The position numbers and the translations under genes were made by a program. A DNA stretch of 37,631 bases from Octopus bimaculoides (Eukaryota): assembly GCF_001194135.2 (NCBI RefSeq), contig NC_068986.1, forward strand, positions 105,956,677 through 105,994,307, in the 5' to 3' direction. The notes beneath the pieces are model-generated. The model worked only from the letters and a program-made list of their open reading frames with translations, searched no databases and was not told the DNA's origin. Numbering within the stretch: position 1 is the stretch's first letter; each line of letters opens with the position of its first letter. Positions 11,429-21,865 of the stretch are shown in pieces.

Positions 11429-11735
11429 AGGCGACTCGAGTTTCAGGGCTATTTCCCTTCGTCATGGCCGGTATGACAGACTTTAACAGACTGTCCTTTT
11501 TCCTCTAATGTATATATATATATATATATACATTAGAGGAAAAAGGACAACAAAACAAAGCAAGACAAGTATCTCAAGTCATTTAGAGTATTTAATTAGA
11601 GTAAGGTGATCTTTAGGCAATTAACTAACTAATTAGTTAGTTAATTAATTAATTATTGGATGTCTAAGAGATGTTTCTGGGATATTCTAAGTGATTGGTT
11701 AGCATCACCATAAACTGGGTATTCCGTCATCAGAG
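11429..11735 (-). mobile_element. PLE-terminus-like segment with an inverted junction around (TA)10
   Basis: Minus strand: CTGATGACGGAATAC remnant, AT-rich body, T-rich end, 58-bp palindrome, then the hammerhead motif; bounded by TA-rich DNA on the left and a SINE-A tail on the right. The PLE assignment is inference. Confidence 0.4.
11430..11469 (-). ncRNA. Minimal type-I hammerhead-ribozyme-like motif (atypical core)
   Basis: Minus strand: GGC-CAUGACGA-AGGG(AAAUAG)CCCU-GAAA-C(UCGA)GUC-GCC. Stems I, II and III all pair and the loop III tetramer is palindromic; the core has one extra A relative to CUGANGA. Confidence 0.6.
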
Positions 11736-11739
11736 ACAA

Positions 11740-11878
11740 GGTTCGGCAAAAGGGACCGATAGAATAAGTACTAGGCTTACAAAGAATATGTCCTGGGGGT
11801 CGATTTGCTCGATTAAAGGCGGTGCTCCAGCATGGCCACAGTCAAATGACTGAAACAAGTAAAAGAGAATAAAAGAGC
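11740..11878 (+). mobile_element. SINE family A 3' half
   Basis: GGTTCGGCAAAAGGGACCGATAGAATAAGTAC...GAAACAAGTAAAAGAG. Confidence 0.88.
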
Positions 11879-11881
11879 GAG

Positions 11882-12040
11882 AGGCTTCTTTCAGTTTCTG
11901 TCTACCAAATCCAATCAGAACGCTTTGGCTGACTAGAAGTCATAACAGAAGACACTTGCCTGAGGTATCACGCAGCAGAACTGAATCCGAAACTATATGG
12001 TTGAGAATCAAACGTCTTACCACTTGGCCATGCTTGCGCC
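11882..12040 (-). mobile_element. SINE family A 5' half, diverged
   Basis: GCTTCTTTCAGTTTCTGTCTACCAAATCC...TTACCACTTGGCCATGCTTGCGCC. Confidence 0.8.
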
Positions 12041-12580
12041 AGAAAAAAAAAAAAAAACTAAAAAAGCAAAAAAGCAAAAACTAAAGAAATGGATTTAATC
12101 AAAATATTCTCTGGTGTTGGATTTGCAAGAATTTACAATATGTATTATATTGATATTTAATGGAAACAGCAGGACAGATCAGGACAGATGACAAATGATG
12201 GAACAGATCTTCGATCGATCACTGACCTTTTGAATCACTTGGCTTTGTGAATGATGATATTTTTAGGCGATTTACTGAAATTAATAACTTCTGGTGTTTT
12301 CTTTTTACACCAGAAAAAATTCTTTAAATCAAAATCCATTTTATCACCGAGTAAGCTTGAAATTAAGCTTCCGTCACTAGAAGAATTGATGGTGGGAAAC
12401 AGCTTTCCAAAAAGGATGAAAATACCACCAACAATGCTATTTTGACTCTCTATTGGAAGAACGGGATGCGTTTCAAGAGACTTGAAAGCGCATGTTTACA
12501 TTCGTCTCGTCCCTGCATCGAAGTTTAATTAGTCTCTCCTTTGCAATACATTTTAGACATTTACACACATCTTCCTGTAA

Positions 12581-12888
12581 TTGGCACTACGTCGGTTATG
12601 ACGTCTGGTGTTCCAGATGATCCGATCAATGGAACAGCCAGCTCGTGAAATTAACGTGCAAGTGGTTGAGTACTCCACAGACACGCATACTCTTAACGTA
12701 GTTCTCAGAGAGATTCATCGTGACAAAGAACGAGACAAAGCCGACCCTTTGAATTGCAGGTACAACTCATTTTCGTCAGATGACTGGACTGGAGTAACGT
12801 AAAATAAAGTGACTTGCTCAAGGACACACTGCGCCGCCAGGAATCGAAATCACAACCTTACAGTTGTAGACTAACCACGCGCCTTCAC
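12581..12888 (-). mobile_element. SINE family D (own 5' half, shares 3' half with family C)
   Basis: 12612-12766 aligns by eye to 15900-16050; the head (minus strand GTGAAGGCGCGTGGTTAGT...ATTTCGATTCCTGG..TGTGTCCTTGAGCAAG) is tRNA-like and differs from C. Confidence 0.8.
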
Positions 12889-13554
12889 ACCTAGCCTGCT
12901 CTCACACACACACACGCAACCCTTCGCACATACATACATATAAGTGTCGATGTTTGTCTTAAATCTAATTGACATTTCCCAACGATTACGTTCTAAAATT
13001 TGCATTTATCCAACATCTTTGTAGAACGATGCTTGAAGAAAAAGTCACGGAGTCTGAGGTCTCCTTGAGGTAAAACCGGGAAATTCAGGAAAAAGAGATG
13101 TAGAAAAGCTGGTAGTTGATAGCAAATTACGAGTGTTAGTAGAGGAGGGTGTTAGTACTGAATGATACAGAAACGATGCCAGTTTAAGACGCTAAGCTAT
13201 CTCTTCCTCTCTTTAGGGTTTCTTTAATTTCTCTTTCATTATTTAAATTTCATTTATTTTTCATTTCTGTCTCATTCTCTTTCTGTGTTACACTAATTGT
13301 TGCTCTCACTTACTCACACACGCGTACATTCACGCATATGTATACGCACACTTTCTCATTCATTACTCTTTTTCGGCCATATATACAAAGTGTATTGTAA
13401 TAAGGTAATTGTTAAAATTCATTATTTAAAATCACGGCAAAGCTGTTAGGCAATTTTAGATATAACCACGGGAAGGAGAAAACAATTTATTTCTTAATTG
13501 TATAAATTCGAAAATAATTTTTGAGGCCTTGTGTTCTATGCATCCGGTTGTTAA

Positions 13555-13555
13555 A

Positions 13556-13639
<84 letters not shown>

Positions 13640-13640
13640 G
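13555..13640. repeat. (CTAT)n switching to (CTGT)n
   Basis: Seen directly. Confidence 0.95.
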
Positions 13641-14038
13641 CTCCCACGCACTGTTGACACTATACCATCCACCTCCCCCTGTCCGCTGGCGAGCTTTTAC
13701 TCCTCAGTAGGGGTCTCCGCTTCACGCCTCTCATGCCCTGTTTTAACACCACACTTCCTGTTTAACACAAACTTTCAGCCCCTTTTTTTAAACACAACAC
13801 TACTCTTAATTCCATGCATCCTAATCTTTCTAACAATTATCTACATGGATTAATGGATTACCATTGAACTTTAAAAGCTCAAAGACAATATAATGTATTG
13901 GGATATTTATTTTTTTATATATTATTTTTTATATTTTTGTAATAAACATTTTCATTCTCCCTCTTCTTGAAAATTTGCCATGCAATGAAAGCCGGTTATA
14001 AAACCTTTTTAATTCCTCTTATACACATTTATATTAAA

Positions 14039-14195
14039 NNNNNNNNNNNNNNNNNNNNNNNNNNNNNNNNNNNNNNNNNNNNNNNNNNNNNNNNNNNNNN
14101 NNNNNNNNNNNNNNNNNNNNNNNNNNNNNNNNNNNNNNNNNNNNNNNNNNNNNNNNNNNNNNNNNNNNNNNNNNNNNNNNNNNNNNNNNNNNNNN
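14039..14195. other. Assembly gap
   Basis: N run followed by (TA)n. Confidence 1.
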
Positions 14196-14429
14196 ATATA
14201 TATATGATTACATATATACATACATACAAAATGTGTTTCCTGGGGCTAAATAGCAGTAGCATTCTTCCCTTTCATGGGACTGTCACATTAAGTTGACAAT
14301 ATACCATCACTTTATCGTGCTTGCTACTGTATAAATCTCTCTGAGAGACTTAGAAATGTAATATTTCTAGTTTAGATCTTCTCCATTTGAACTGATATGG
14401 TGTTAAATAAAAACATCGATAATATTATT

Positions 14430-14638
14430 GGTTTTAAGTTTTGGCACAAAGCCAGTAATTTAATGGAGGGTACTAATCGATTATATCGAACCCGGAGCAC
14501 AACTAGTACATATTTTATCGACCCCGAAAGGATAAAAGACAAAGTTGACCCCAGCGGAATTTGAACTCAACGTGAAGACGGACGAAATGCCGCTAAGCAT
14601 TTCGCCCGGTGTATTAACAATTTTGCCAGCTCACCGCT
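14430..14638 (-). mobile_element. SINE family B, near full length
   Basis: Core TTTATCGACCCCGAAAGGAT and head TGCCAGCTCACCGC. Confidence 0.85.
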
Positions 14639-15479
14639 TTCATATCGATAATAATGTTGATTTATAACGTAGGTGTAAAACCATATAATTTCGTGGGGAG
14701 AGAGCCAATCGATTACATCGATCACAATACTTGATTGGTATTTTATCAATGTCGGAAGGATTAAATCCGTTCAGCCAGAGCTAATCTGGTGTTACACAAC
14801 AACAACCTCGGAGATATGAAAGGCTGAGCCAACTTCTTGATCTCGGACCGTAAAGAGATTAAGCATAACGCATGTCATTTTGTTGAACGTATGATCGAGT
14901 CGGACAACGATTGACTTAATTATAAAAAACACTGATTTCTAATAACGTATTTTAATGGTCAGGTATAAATTTACTCCAATTAAATATAATTGTTATTTCC
15001 GTAGCTTCAATTACGATTCTAATTGAACAGAACACCATTAAAATGCTTTTCAAATCCTTTCTTTATCCAGTATAACTGAATATTCTAATTCTAGCGATTA
15101 ATATGATATCTGATGACGTAAGATGACGGCGACACACAAATAGTGCTTCGATCGGATTTCTGCCCATGCAGCTGCTTTAAACGCAACTTTAAAAGCAGGA
15201 ATGTGATAGATGCCTAAATGTTGTTTGTCTATCCTCTTACTCTGTTACACATACATACATACCCCACCCTCTACCTACCCACACACCCCACTTACCCCCA
15301 ACCTCTGCCTACCTACATACCCCTACCTCTACCCCCACCCTCAGCCTAACTCACACCACACCCATACTTTCCCCACCTCCCAACGCCATCACATCACACC
15401 ATGCTACACCATATCCCACAACACATCACATCACAACACACCATCGCGCACACACCAGCACTGACCAATTCCCATCCCC

Positions 15480-15835
15480 ACATTTTCACGCCTTCACACC
15501 TACATACACACATGCATACGTTAAGATCACCAGCATTCTCTCACAAACATGCACCTTCGTTTTGGGATCACTACCACTTTGTTATCTCCCCTTCTTCTTA
15601 ACTCTCCTGTGTGACCCTTCTGTCCGGCATTCGCCATGATAGATCACTGATCACTACACATATTTTTTCTCTCTCTTTGTTTCTCTCCTTGTTTATTTCT
15701 GTGTTCCTTTCTGTTGAAGAACGTAGGCTCGAAACGTTAAAGACTTTTTCAATTCCCGAGCGTTATACTAATACATTCATTTGTTGTTTACACCACCTGT
15801 CTTCGTCTATTGTTTTTTCGTGAATTCTCCCTATA
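15480..15835 (+). mobile_element. PLE-terminus-like segment with a degenerate hammerhead-like motif
   Basis: CTGTTGAAGAACGTAGGCTCGAAACG at 15711-15736, then a T-rich end running into (TACA)n; preceded by C-rich low-complexity DNA (about 15210-15480). Confidence 0.45.
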
Positions 15836-15861
15836 CATACATACATACATACATACATACA

Positions 15862-16244
15862 TGTTGTTGGCACTCCGTCGCTTGCGACGTCGAGGGTTCC
15901 GGTTGATCCGATCAACGGAACAGCCTGCTCGTGAAATTAACGTGCAAGTGGTTGAGCACTCTACAGACACGTGTACCCTTGACGTAGTTCTCGGGGATAT
16001 TCAGCGTGACACAGTGTGACAAGGCTGACTCTTTGAATTACAGGCACAACAGAAACAGGAAGTAAGAGTGAGAGAAAGTTGTGGTGAAAGAATACAGCAG
16101 GGTTCACCACCATCCCCTGCCAGAGCCTCGCGGAGCTTTAGGTGCTTTCGCCCAATAAACACCCACAACGCCCGGTCTTGGAATCGAAACCGCGATCCTA
16201 TGACCGCGAGTCCGCTGCCCTAACCACTGGGCTGTTGCGCCTCC
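15862..16244 (-). mobile_element. SINE family C (about 385 bp, tRNA-Arg-like head; possibly octopus OR1-type), full length
   Basis: Reverse complement of 37319-37631 plus the complete tail; A-box-like TGGCCCAGTGG and B-box-like GGTTTCGATTCC; sits between two (TACA)n blocks. Confidence 0.92.
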
Positions 16245-16544
16245 ACCACATACATACATACATACATACATACATACATACAAACATGCGAACATGGTGG
16301 CTGTCTGCTCATGACCGAGGAAGACCATAAGTGATCACACGTCTCATGCAAAATGTCTGCAATGCCTGCGTATTAGGTTATTGCATGCGCGGTCGGGCTT
16401 CACCGAGTATCGCGTCTGTGGTTTCTATGCACGCTGCGGCGCTCTCTAAATAGACTGAGTATCGAAGGTTGCTCGGCCGGCGATTGTGCAACCTAAAGTA
16501 TTTTGGTCCAACGAGGCCTGCATAACAACTCACAGATTATCTTT

Positions 16545-16855
16545 ACCCTACTGACCATATACTGTTCACAGCTTGGGATTCAAGGAGCCACAGCTCTTCA
16601 ATAACCTCTGACAAAGACTGAGAGATATATATACAAAGGTTGGATGTAGGCGTCAAAACTGGATATCCTCCTGTTAAGAGCTCCGGATGAACCTTCCTCG
16701 CGGCAAGAAGCGCAGATGAAGGCAGCAACATCAAACTCCCTCGTTCACCAAATGCCACTCGTCAGAGGAGGTTTACTGAAAGTGTAGCAAAGCAACCCGC
16801 GGTGGCCCTGCAGCTCTCGATCTGAAAGCAGAAAATGGAAAAGGAAATGAAAAGA
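16545..16855 (+). pseudogene. CR1-group LINE extreme 3' fragment
   Basis: Across frames: LGFKEPQLFNNL...KLDILLLRAPDEPSSRQEAQMKAATSNSLVHQ, homologous to the C-terminus of the 9290-10165 copy. Confidence 0.8.
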
Positions 16856-16858
16856 GGA

Positions 16859-16890
<32 letters not shown>

Positions 16891-16892
<2 letters not shown>

Positions 16893-17093
16893 GGCGAAAT
16901 GCTTAGCGGTATTTCGTCTGCCCGCTACGTTCTGAGTTCAAATTCCGCCGAGGTCGACTTTGCCTTTCATCCTTTCGGGGTCGATTAAACAAGTACCAGT
17001 TACGCACTGGGGTCGATATAATCGATTTAATCCGTTTGTCTGTCCTTGTTTGTCCCCTCTGTGTATAGCCCCTTGTGGGTAGTAAAGAAATAA
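16891..17093 (+). mobile_element. SINE family B with B2 tail, slightly 5'-truncated
   Basis: GGGCGAAATGCTTAGCGGTATTTCG...GCCTTTCATCCTTTCGGGGTCGAT, then tail TTAATCCGTTTGTCTGTCCTTGTTTGTCCCCTCTG...AAAGAAAT. Confidence 0.9.
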
Positions 17094-17754
17094 CACACAC
17101 ACACATATTGTTGCACATATGTATATATATGTATCATGTTTAATTAAAAGTGAAGATGCGAGATTCATGCAAATCTGATAAGACTCGGTATTGGCATTAC
17201 TTATGTTTGTTCTTTTGGCATAAAGAACCTGGCCACTCACTTACTTCAACGGGTATATATACACCACCAATAACCGAGTGTTATCATTTTCACCTGACGA
17301 TTGTAGTTTCGTGAAACATGAATCGTGAAACTAACACTTTCAGCTTTAGTATTAATAAAAAAAGACACCCTGTACAAGATATATTGAGCACTCCTCATTC
17401 GTCCGACATTAAGCGACATACATACATGCGTACATACATACATATATACACTCATATATACATGTACATGCGCATTTATATACGCATGCATTTATTTTGA
17501 GCCAATGAAATTGCCCGTACAGCTGCTTGACTTGTTAGAAATAAGAAGTAAATGACTTTAAAAATGTCCACCTTGTAGTCCCAGAAGCAGAGCAACATAT
17601 TGTTTAAGGTAACCCTAGATACACAATGAGCGTGAGAAAACAGGACGGTCACGGTTGGACACTTTTGAGTAAAACTATGCTCAGGCTGAACTCAACAGCA
17701 AGATCAGATTAAACAAACTAGTTAAGAACTGCTTTTTCTTAATGCTAGATAGCG

Positions 17755-17781
17755 AGGGAGCGAGAGCGAGAGAGAGAAAGA

Positions 17782-17849
<68 letters not shown>
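17755..17849. repeat. (GA)n microsatellite
   Basis: Seen directly. Confidence 0.95.
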
Positions 17850-17852
<3 letters not shown>

Positions 17853-18404
17853 GCTGTTGACCATCTAACATAAATTATGTTAATTTGAAATAGATTTGCA
17901 CTGAAGTCGACCCTTTGATAAATCACATTATTACAATTATCTATATTGACACACATTGCATTTAACAAACATTGTTTTAATGTTCTACGCGTAATTTCAG
18001 CGTGCACTTTTCCTTATATTAAGCACGCTGAAAAAATGCCAGCATCCGCCAACACTAATCCGCTGATGCATAATCTTAAGTAATATTACTGTAAGATTAA
18101 CTCGTACGGATTCTTATAAATTTCAACTCATCTGCACCTAAATACAAGATTAAGCGAAGATAAGATCAATAAGATTGTTGAGAAATGCGAATTCTGCAAC
18201 ACAATCTAGAATTTTTATTTGCTTCTATGAAGAATAGCAAAATATGTTAAAAGAAGCTTATGGTATAAGAAAATGAATGATCTTACAAGTAGTATCGTGG
18301 GCGCTAACTAACGTAGATGATGTCGTGAATCTAAACATTTTAATTAAAAGTTACAGATACAGTGAGAAGGACCAGTCGTTATCTTAATTATTATCTTAAT
18401 TACT

Positions 18405-18606
18405 GAAGACGGTGAACTGGTAAAATTAATATCTCGGACTAAATGTTTACTGGTCTTCGTTCTGTTTCTTTCCGTTCTGGGTGCAAATTCCGCCAAGGTC
18501 AAGCTTACCTTTTCGCCCTTTCGGGATCGATAAGTCAAGTACTGGGGCCGATGTAATCGGTTTACTTTCCCTCTCCTCTAAATTGCTGTCCTTGTTCCAA
18601 AATTAG
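18405..18606 (+). mobile_element. SINE family B, old diverged copy
   Basis: GACGGTGAACTGG head, CAAATTCCGCCAAGGTC, TTTCGGGATCGATAA core. Confidence 0.7.
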
Positions 18607-18662
18607 AATTATCTTAATTACAAACTCGTGCTGTGTGAGGACCGGTATGTCAAAGAATAGAC

Positions 18663-18840
18663 CCACCAGTAACCGATGTTGGTGTGTTTACGCCCCAGTA
18701 ACTTAGCGGTTCGGCAAAAGAGAACGATAGACTAAGTACCAGGCTTGCAAAGAATAAATCCCGGGATCGATGTGTTCAACTAAAGGCGGTGCTCCAGCAT
18801 GGCCGCAGTCAAATGCCTGAAACAAATAAAAGGGAAAAAG
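18663..18840 (+). mobile_element. SINE family A 3' half
   Basis: AACCGATGTTGGTGTGTTTACG...GGCGGTGCTCCAGCATGGCCGCAGTC. Confidence 0.88.
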
Positions 18841-18974
18841 AATACGCATGCACACACGTGCAGAACGCTTGCGCACGCGCACACACATAAACAATGTAAA
18901 TAAAATAATTCAAATATTGTTTACCTTGACATGATAATTAGATTAATACGCATTCTTCAAAAATTGCTATATAT

Positions 18975-19536
18975 NNNNNNNNNNNNNNNNNNNNNNNNNN
19001 NNNNNNNNNNNNNNNNNNNNNNNNNNNNNNNNNNNNNNNNNNNNNNNNNNNNNNNNNNNNNNNNNNNNNNNNNNNNNNNNNNNNNNNNNNNNNNNNNNNN
19101 NNNNNNNNNNNNNNNNNNNNNNNNNNNNNNNNNNNNNNNNNNNNNNNNNNNNNNNNNNNNNNNNNNNNNNNNNNNNNNNNNNNNNNNNNNNNNNNNNNNN
19201 NNNNNNNNNNNNNNNNNNNNNNNNNNNNNNNNNNNNNNNNNNNNNNNNNNNNNNNNNNNNNNNNNNNNNNNNNNNNNNNNNNNNNNNNNNNNNNNNNNNN
19301 NNNNNNNNNNNNNNNNNNNNNNNNNNNNNNNNNNNNNNNNNNNNNNNNNNNNNNNNNNNNNNNNNNNNNNNNNNNNNNNNNNNNNNNNNNNNNNNNNNNN
19401 NNNNNNNNNNNNNNNNNNNNNNNNNNNNNNNNNNNNNNNNNNNNNNNNNNNNNNNNNNNNNNNNNNNNNNNNNNNNNNNNNNNNNNNNNNNNNNNNNNNN
19501 NNNNNNNNNNNNNNNNNNNNNNNNNNNNNNNNNNNN
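18975..19536. other. Assembly gap
   Basis: N run between (TA)n tracts. Confidence 1.
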
Positions 19537-19592
<56 letters not shown>

Positions 19593-19596
19593 ACAA

Positions 19597-19975
19597 TATT
19601 TGTTTGTGAATGGAACAAGGTTAGAAGTTATTGACACCTTTGTTTACCCAGGAAGGACACTGTCAAAAGATGGTAGTCGTGATGCAGAGATTTACTATCG
19701 AATAGGGAAGGGAAGTGTTGCATTTGGAAAGCTCGAAATGCGTGTATGGGAGGATAGAGGTATTTCCCTGCATACAAAAATCAGCGTTTATAAAGCGTGT
19801 GTATTGTCTGCACTTCTTTATTCAAGTGAGACATGGACCACTTACAAGCGTTACATACAAATGCTGGAGAGATTTCGTCAAAAGTGACTCAGACGTGTCT
19901 TAGGAGTCAAGTAGGAATGTTTCATACCAGATACAGAGGTTTTGCGCATGGCACGTTGCAGCTCAATTGAACTTG
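19597..19975 (+). pseudogene. RTE-clade LINE fragment (region after the RT domain)
   Basis: LEVIDTFVYPGRTLSKDG...EIYYRIGKGSVAFGKL..RVW....TKISVYKACVLSALLYSSETWTTY....LERFRQK*LRRVLGVK*...PDTEVL, typical RTE motifs F.YLG, AFG.L, LLYG.ETW. Confidence 0.88.
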
Positions 19976-20525
19976 AAACGACAGGGTTTTAAAGCGAGTT
20001 TGTTAATCAAGCAAGAAAATAAGAACACACTGTTTCTCTAGAAGACACAGCAAATATAAGCGTAGAGTATAAACCAATCTGGTACCAATAAGACTGCGAA
20101 CTCTGGATGTTTACTAATAAACCGCTCTTGGGTTGTTATTTCACTAACACGTTGTAACTCAGTGCTTAAGTATGTCTATTAGAGTATCTACTCTAAAACA
20201 ACAATTTGCTATTACATGTAACCAAACATGTTCATATACAGATAACCACCCTTTACTTTTCGATTGCCTTTCGTTTGTATTTATCATTCTTATGTAACAA
20301 ACACCTGCATATATACGCCTATTTGCAACCACCATGTGGGAGGATGCTGATTTAACGTCAACTTCAACCATGTTTAACTATTGCACACATCAAAGAACCA
20401 CTTTTACATCATTAATCATTGTCAGCTCATGAACATTATAAACACTAGGCACCACGATTCCATACGATCACAATCGGTCAACAAATATCTCTATCACATC
20501 CCAAGACTAAATCTTTCTTTTAATA

Positions 20526-20695
20526 TGGCGAGCTAGCAGAATTGTTAATAATCCAGGCAAAATGCTTAGTGGTATTTCGGCCGTCTTTATGTTCTGAGTT
20601 CAAATTCCACTGAGGTCGACTTTACCTTTCAGCCTTATCTTATCGGAGTCGATAAAATAAGTAGCAAAGTAGCAGCTGAGCACTGGGTTCGACCC
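20526..20695 (+). mobile_element. SINE family B, 3'-interrupted
   Basis: GGCGAGCTAGCAGAA...TTCTGAGTTCAAATTCCACTGAGGTCGAC...GTCGATAAAATAAGTA. Confidence 0.8.
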
Positions 20696-20915
20696 CCGTC
20701 CCTATCGCAGGGTGGAGGCGTTGGAACTGAACACCCGCGATAGTCGAGGGATTTGTTCCTTCTTCTCATACTTGCTGGCCTTGGACCCTGCAACGGACCT
20801 TCAAGGAGACAGCTCTGATCTCGGCCAGCAACCGTCTCTGTTGTAGGTACAGTAACCTACCCTGACGGTAGCTGTCTCAATAGCTCGCCGCTAGGCGGAG
20901 TAGCGTGTAACTTTC

Positions 20916-21575
20916 GGATCTTGTTCAAAACGGGGGCACCAGTTTTCATTAATGTTTTATGTAGTGTTTTGGGTACCGAAAGACTTTAAAACTTCGTATA
21001 CTTATCTATTTTGTGTTATAGAACAGAAAAAAAAATTTGTATTCGAATTTATTTCATGTAAAAAATTGTCTTATTTCGATAATTTCAACCAATCACTGAC
21101 AAGTATTCAGCTGTTTACACTTGCTCCTTTGGAAGTTTAAGCAGTGTAAAGCGTATTTAATCTCCATTTATAATTTCGTTAACATCTGCCTGAACTGTAT
21201 CTGTACAACATTTGCTTTTTTCATTTTCTTTCACGCGTGTTTATTTCGTTAACATCTGCCTGAACTGTATGAAAGGTTTATTAGCTACTGCCCAACCCTA
21301 ACCCTAACCCTAACCCTAACTCTACTGCCAATATGCTTCAGCCATCGTTTGTTTACATAGTCAGCACTTAATAATATCCGGCTGAATGGACGTCAGTCAT
21401 TGGTTGAAATTACAGAAATACGACAACTTTAACATGAAATAACTTGCGATGTAGGTTTTTTTTTGTTAAGAAGACTAAGAGAAAAAGATATTTTATATGA
21501 CGCATTCTACCAGTGTCCCAAGTTTCAAAGTGTTTCGTTAAGAAAATACTGGTGCCCCCGTTTTGAACAGCATCC
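20916..21575. mobile_element. Non-autonomous DNA transposon (Merlin-like MITE), copy 1
   Basis: 28-bp TIRs GGATCTTGTTCAAAACGGGGGCACCAGT / ACTGGTGCCCCCGTTTTGAACAGCATCC; perfect 8-bp TSD TAACTTTC (20908-20915, 21576-21583); internal (TAACCC)n near 21294-21320. Confidence 0.85.
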
Positions 21576-21865
21576 TAACTTTCTAATTCTGGGACTTGTT
21601 TCTCTCTATTTTTCACCGCGGCTCACAGCGAGCAAGACGTGACATCCTCAGCTCTTAATCTCAGCTTGGAGAGATGCACAACCATGAGACAAGCCACGGC
21701 AAGTAGACATTGAGCCACTATGACTTGGATTCCACTGAAAATGAACATGGTCTTCACTTGTAAATATTTTGTATAACTTATACTACTTGTTCATATCTGA
21801 GACCTCAAGGAAAAGGTATAAAAAAAAACTACAACTTAGATCTGATACCCGTTTTATCTATTCTT

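Noticed and set aside
17295-17330. Hammerhead-like CTGACGA...GAAAC
   Set aside because: Stem II does not pair, and no stem III/NUH or stem I can be formed.
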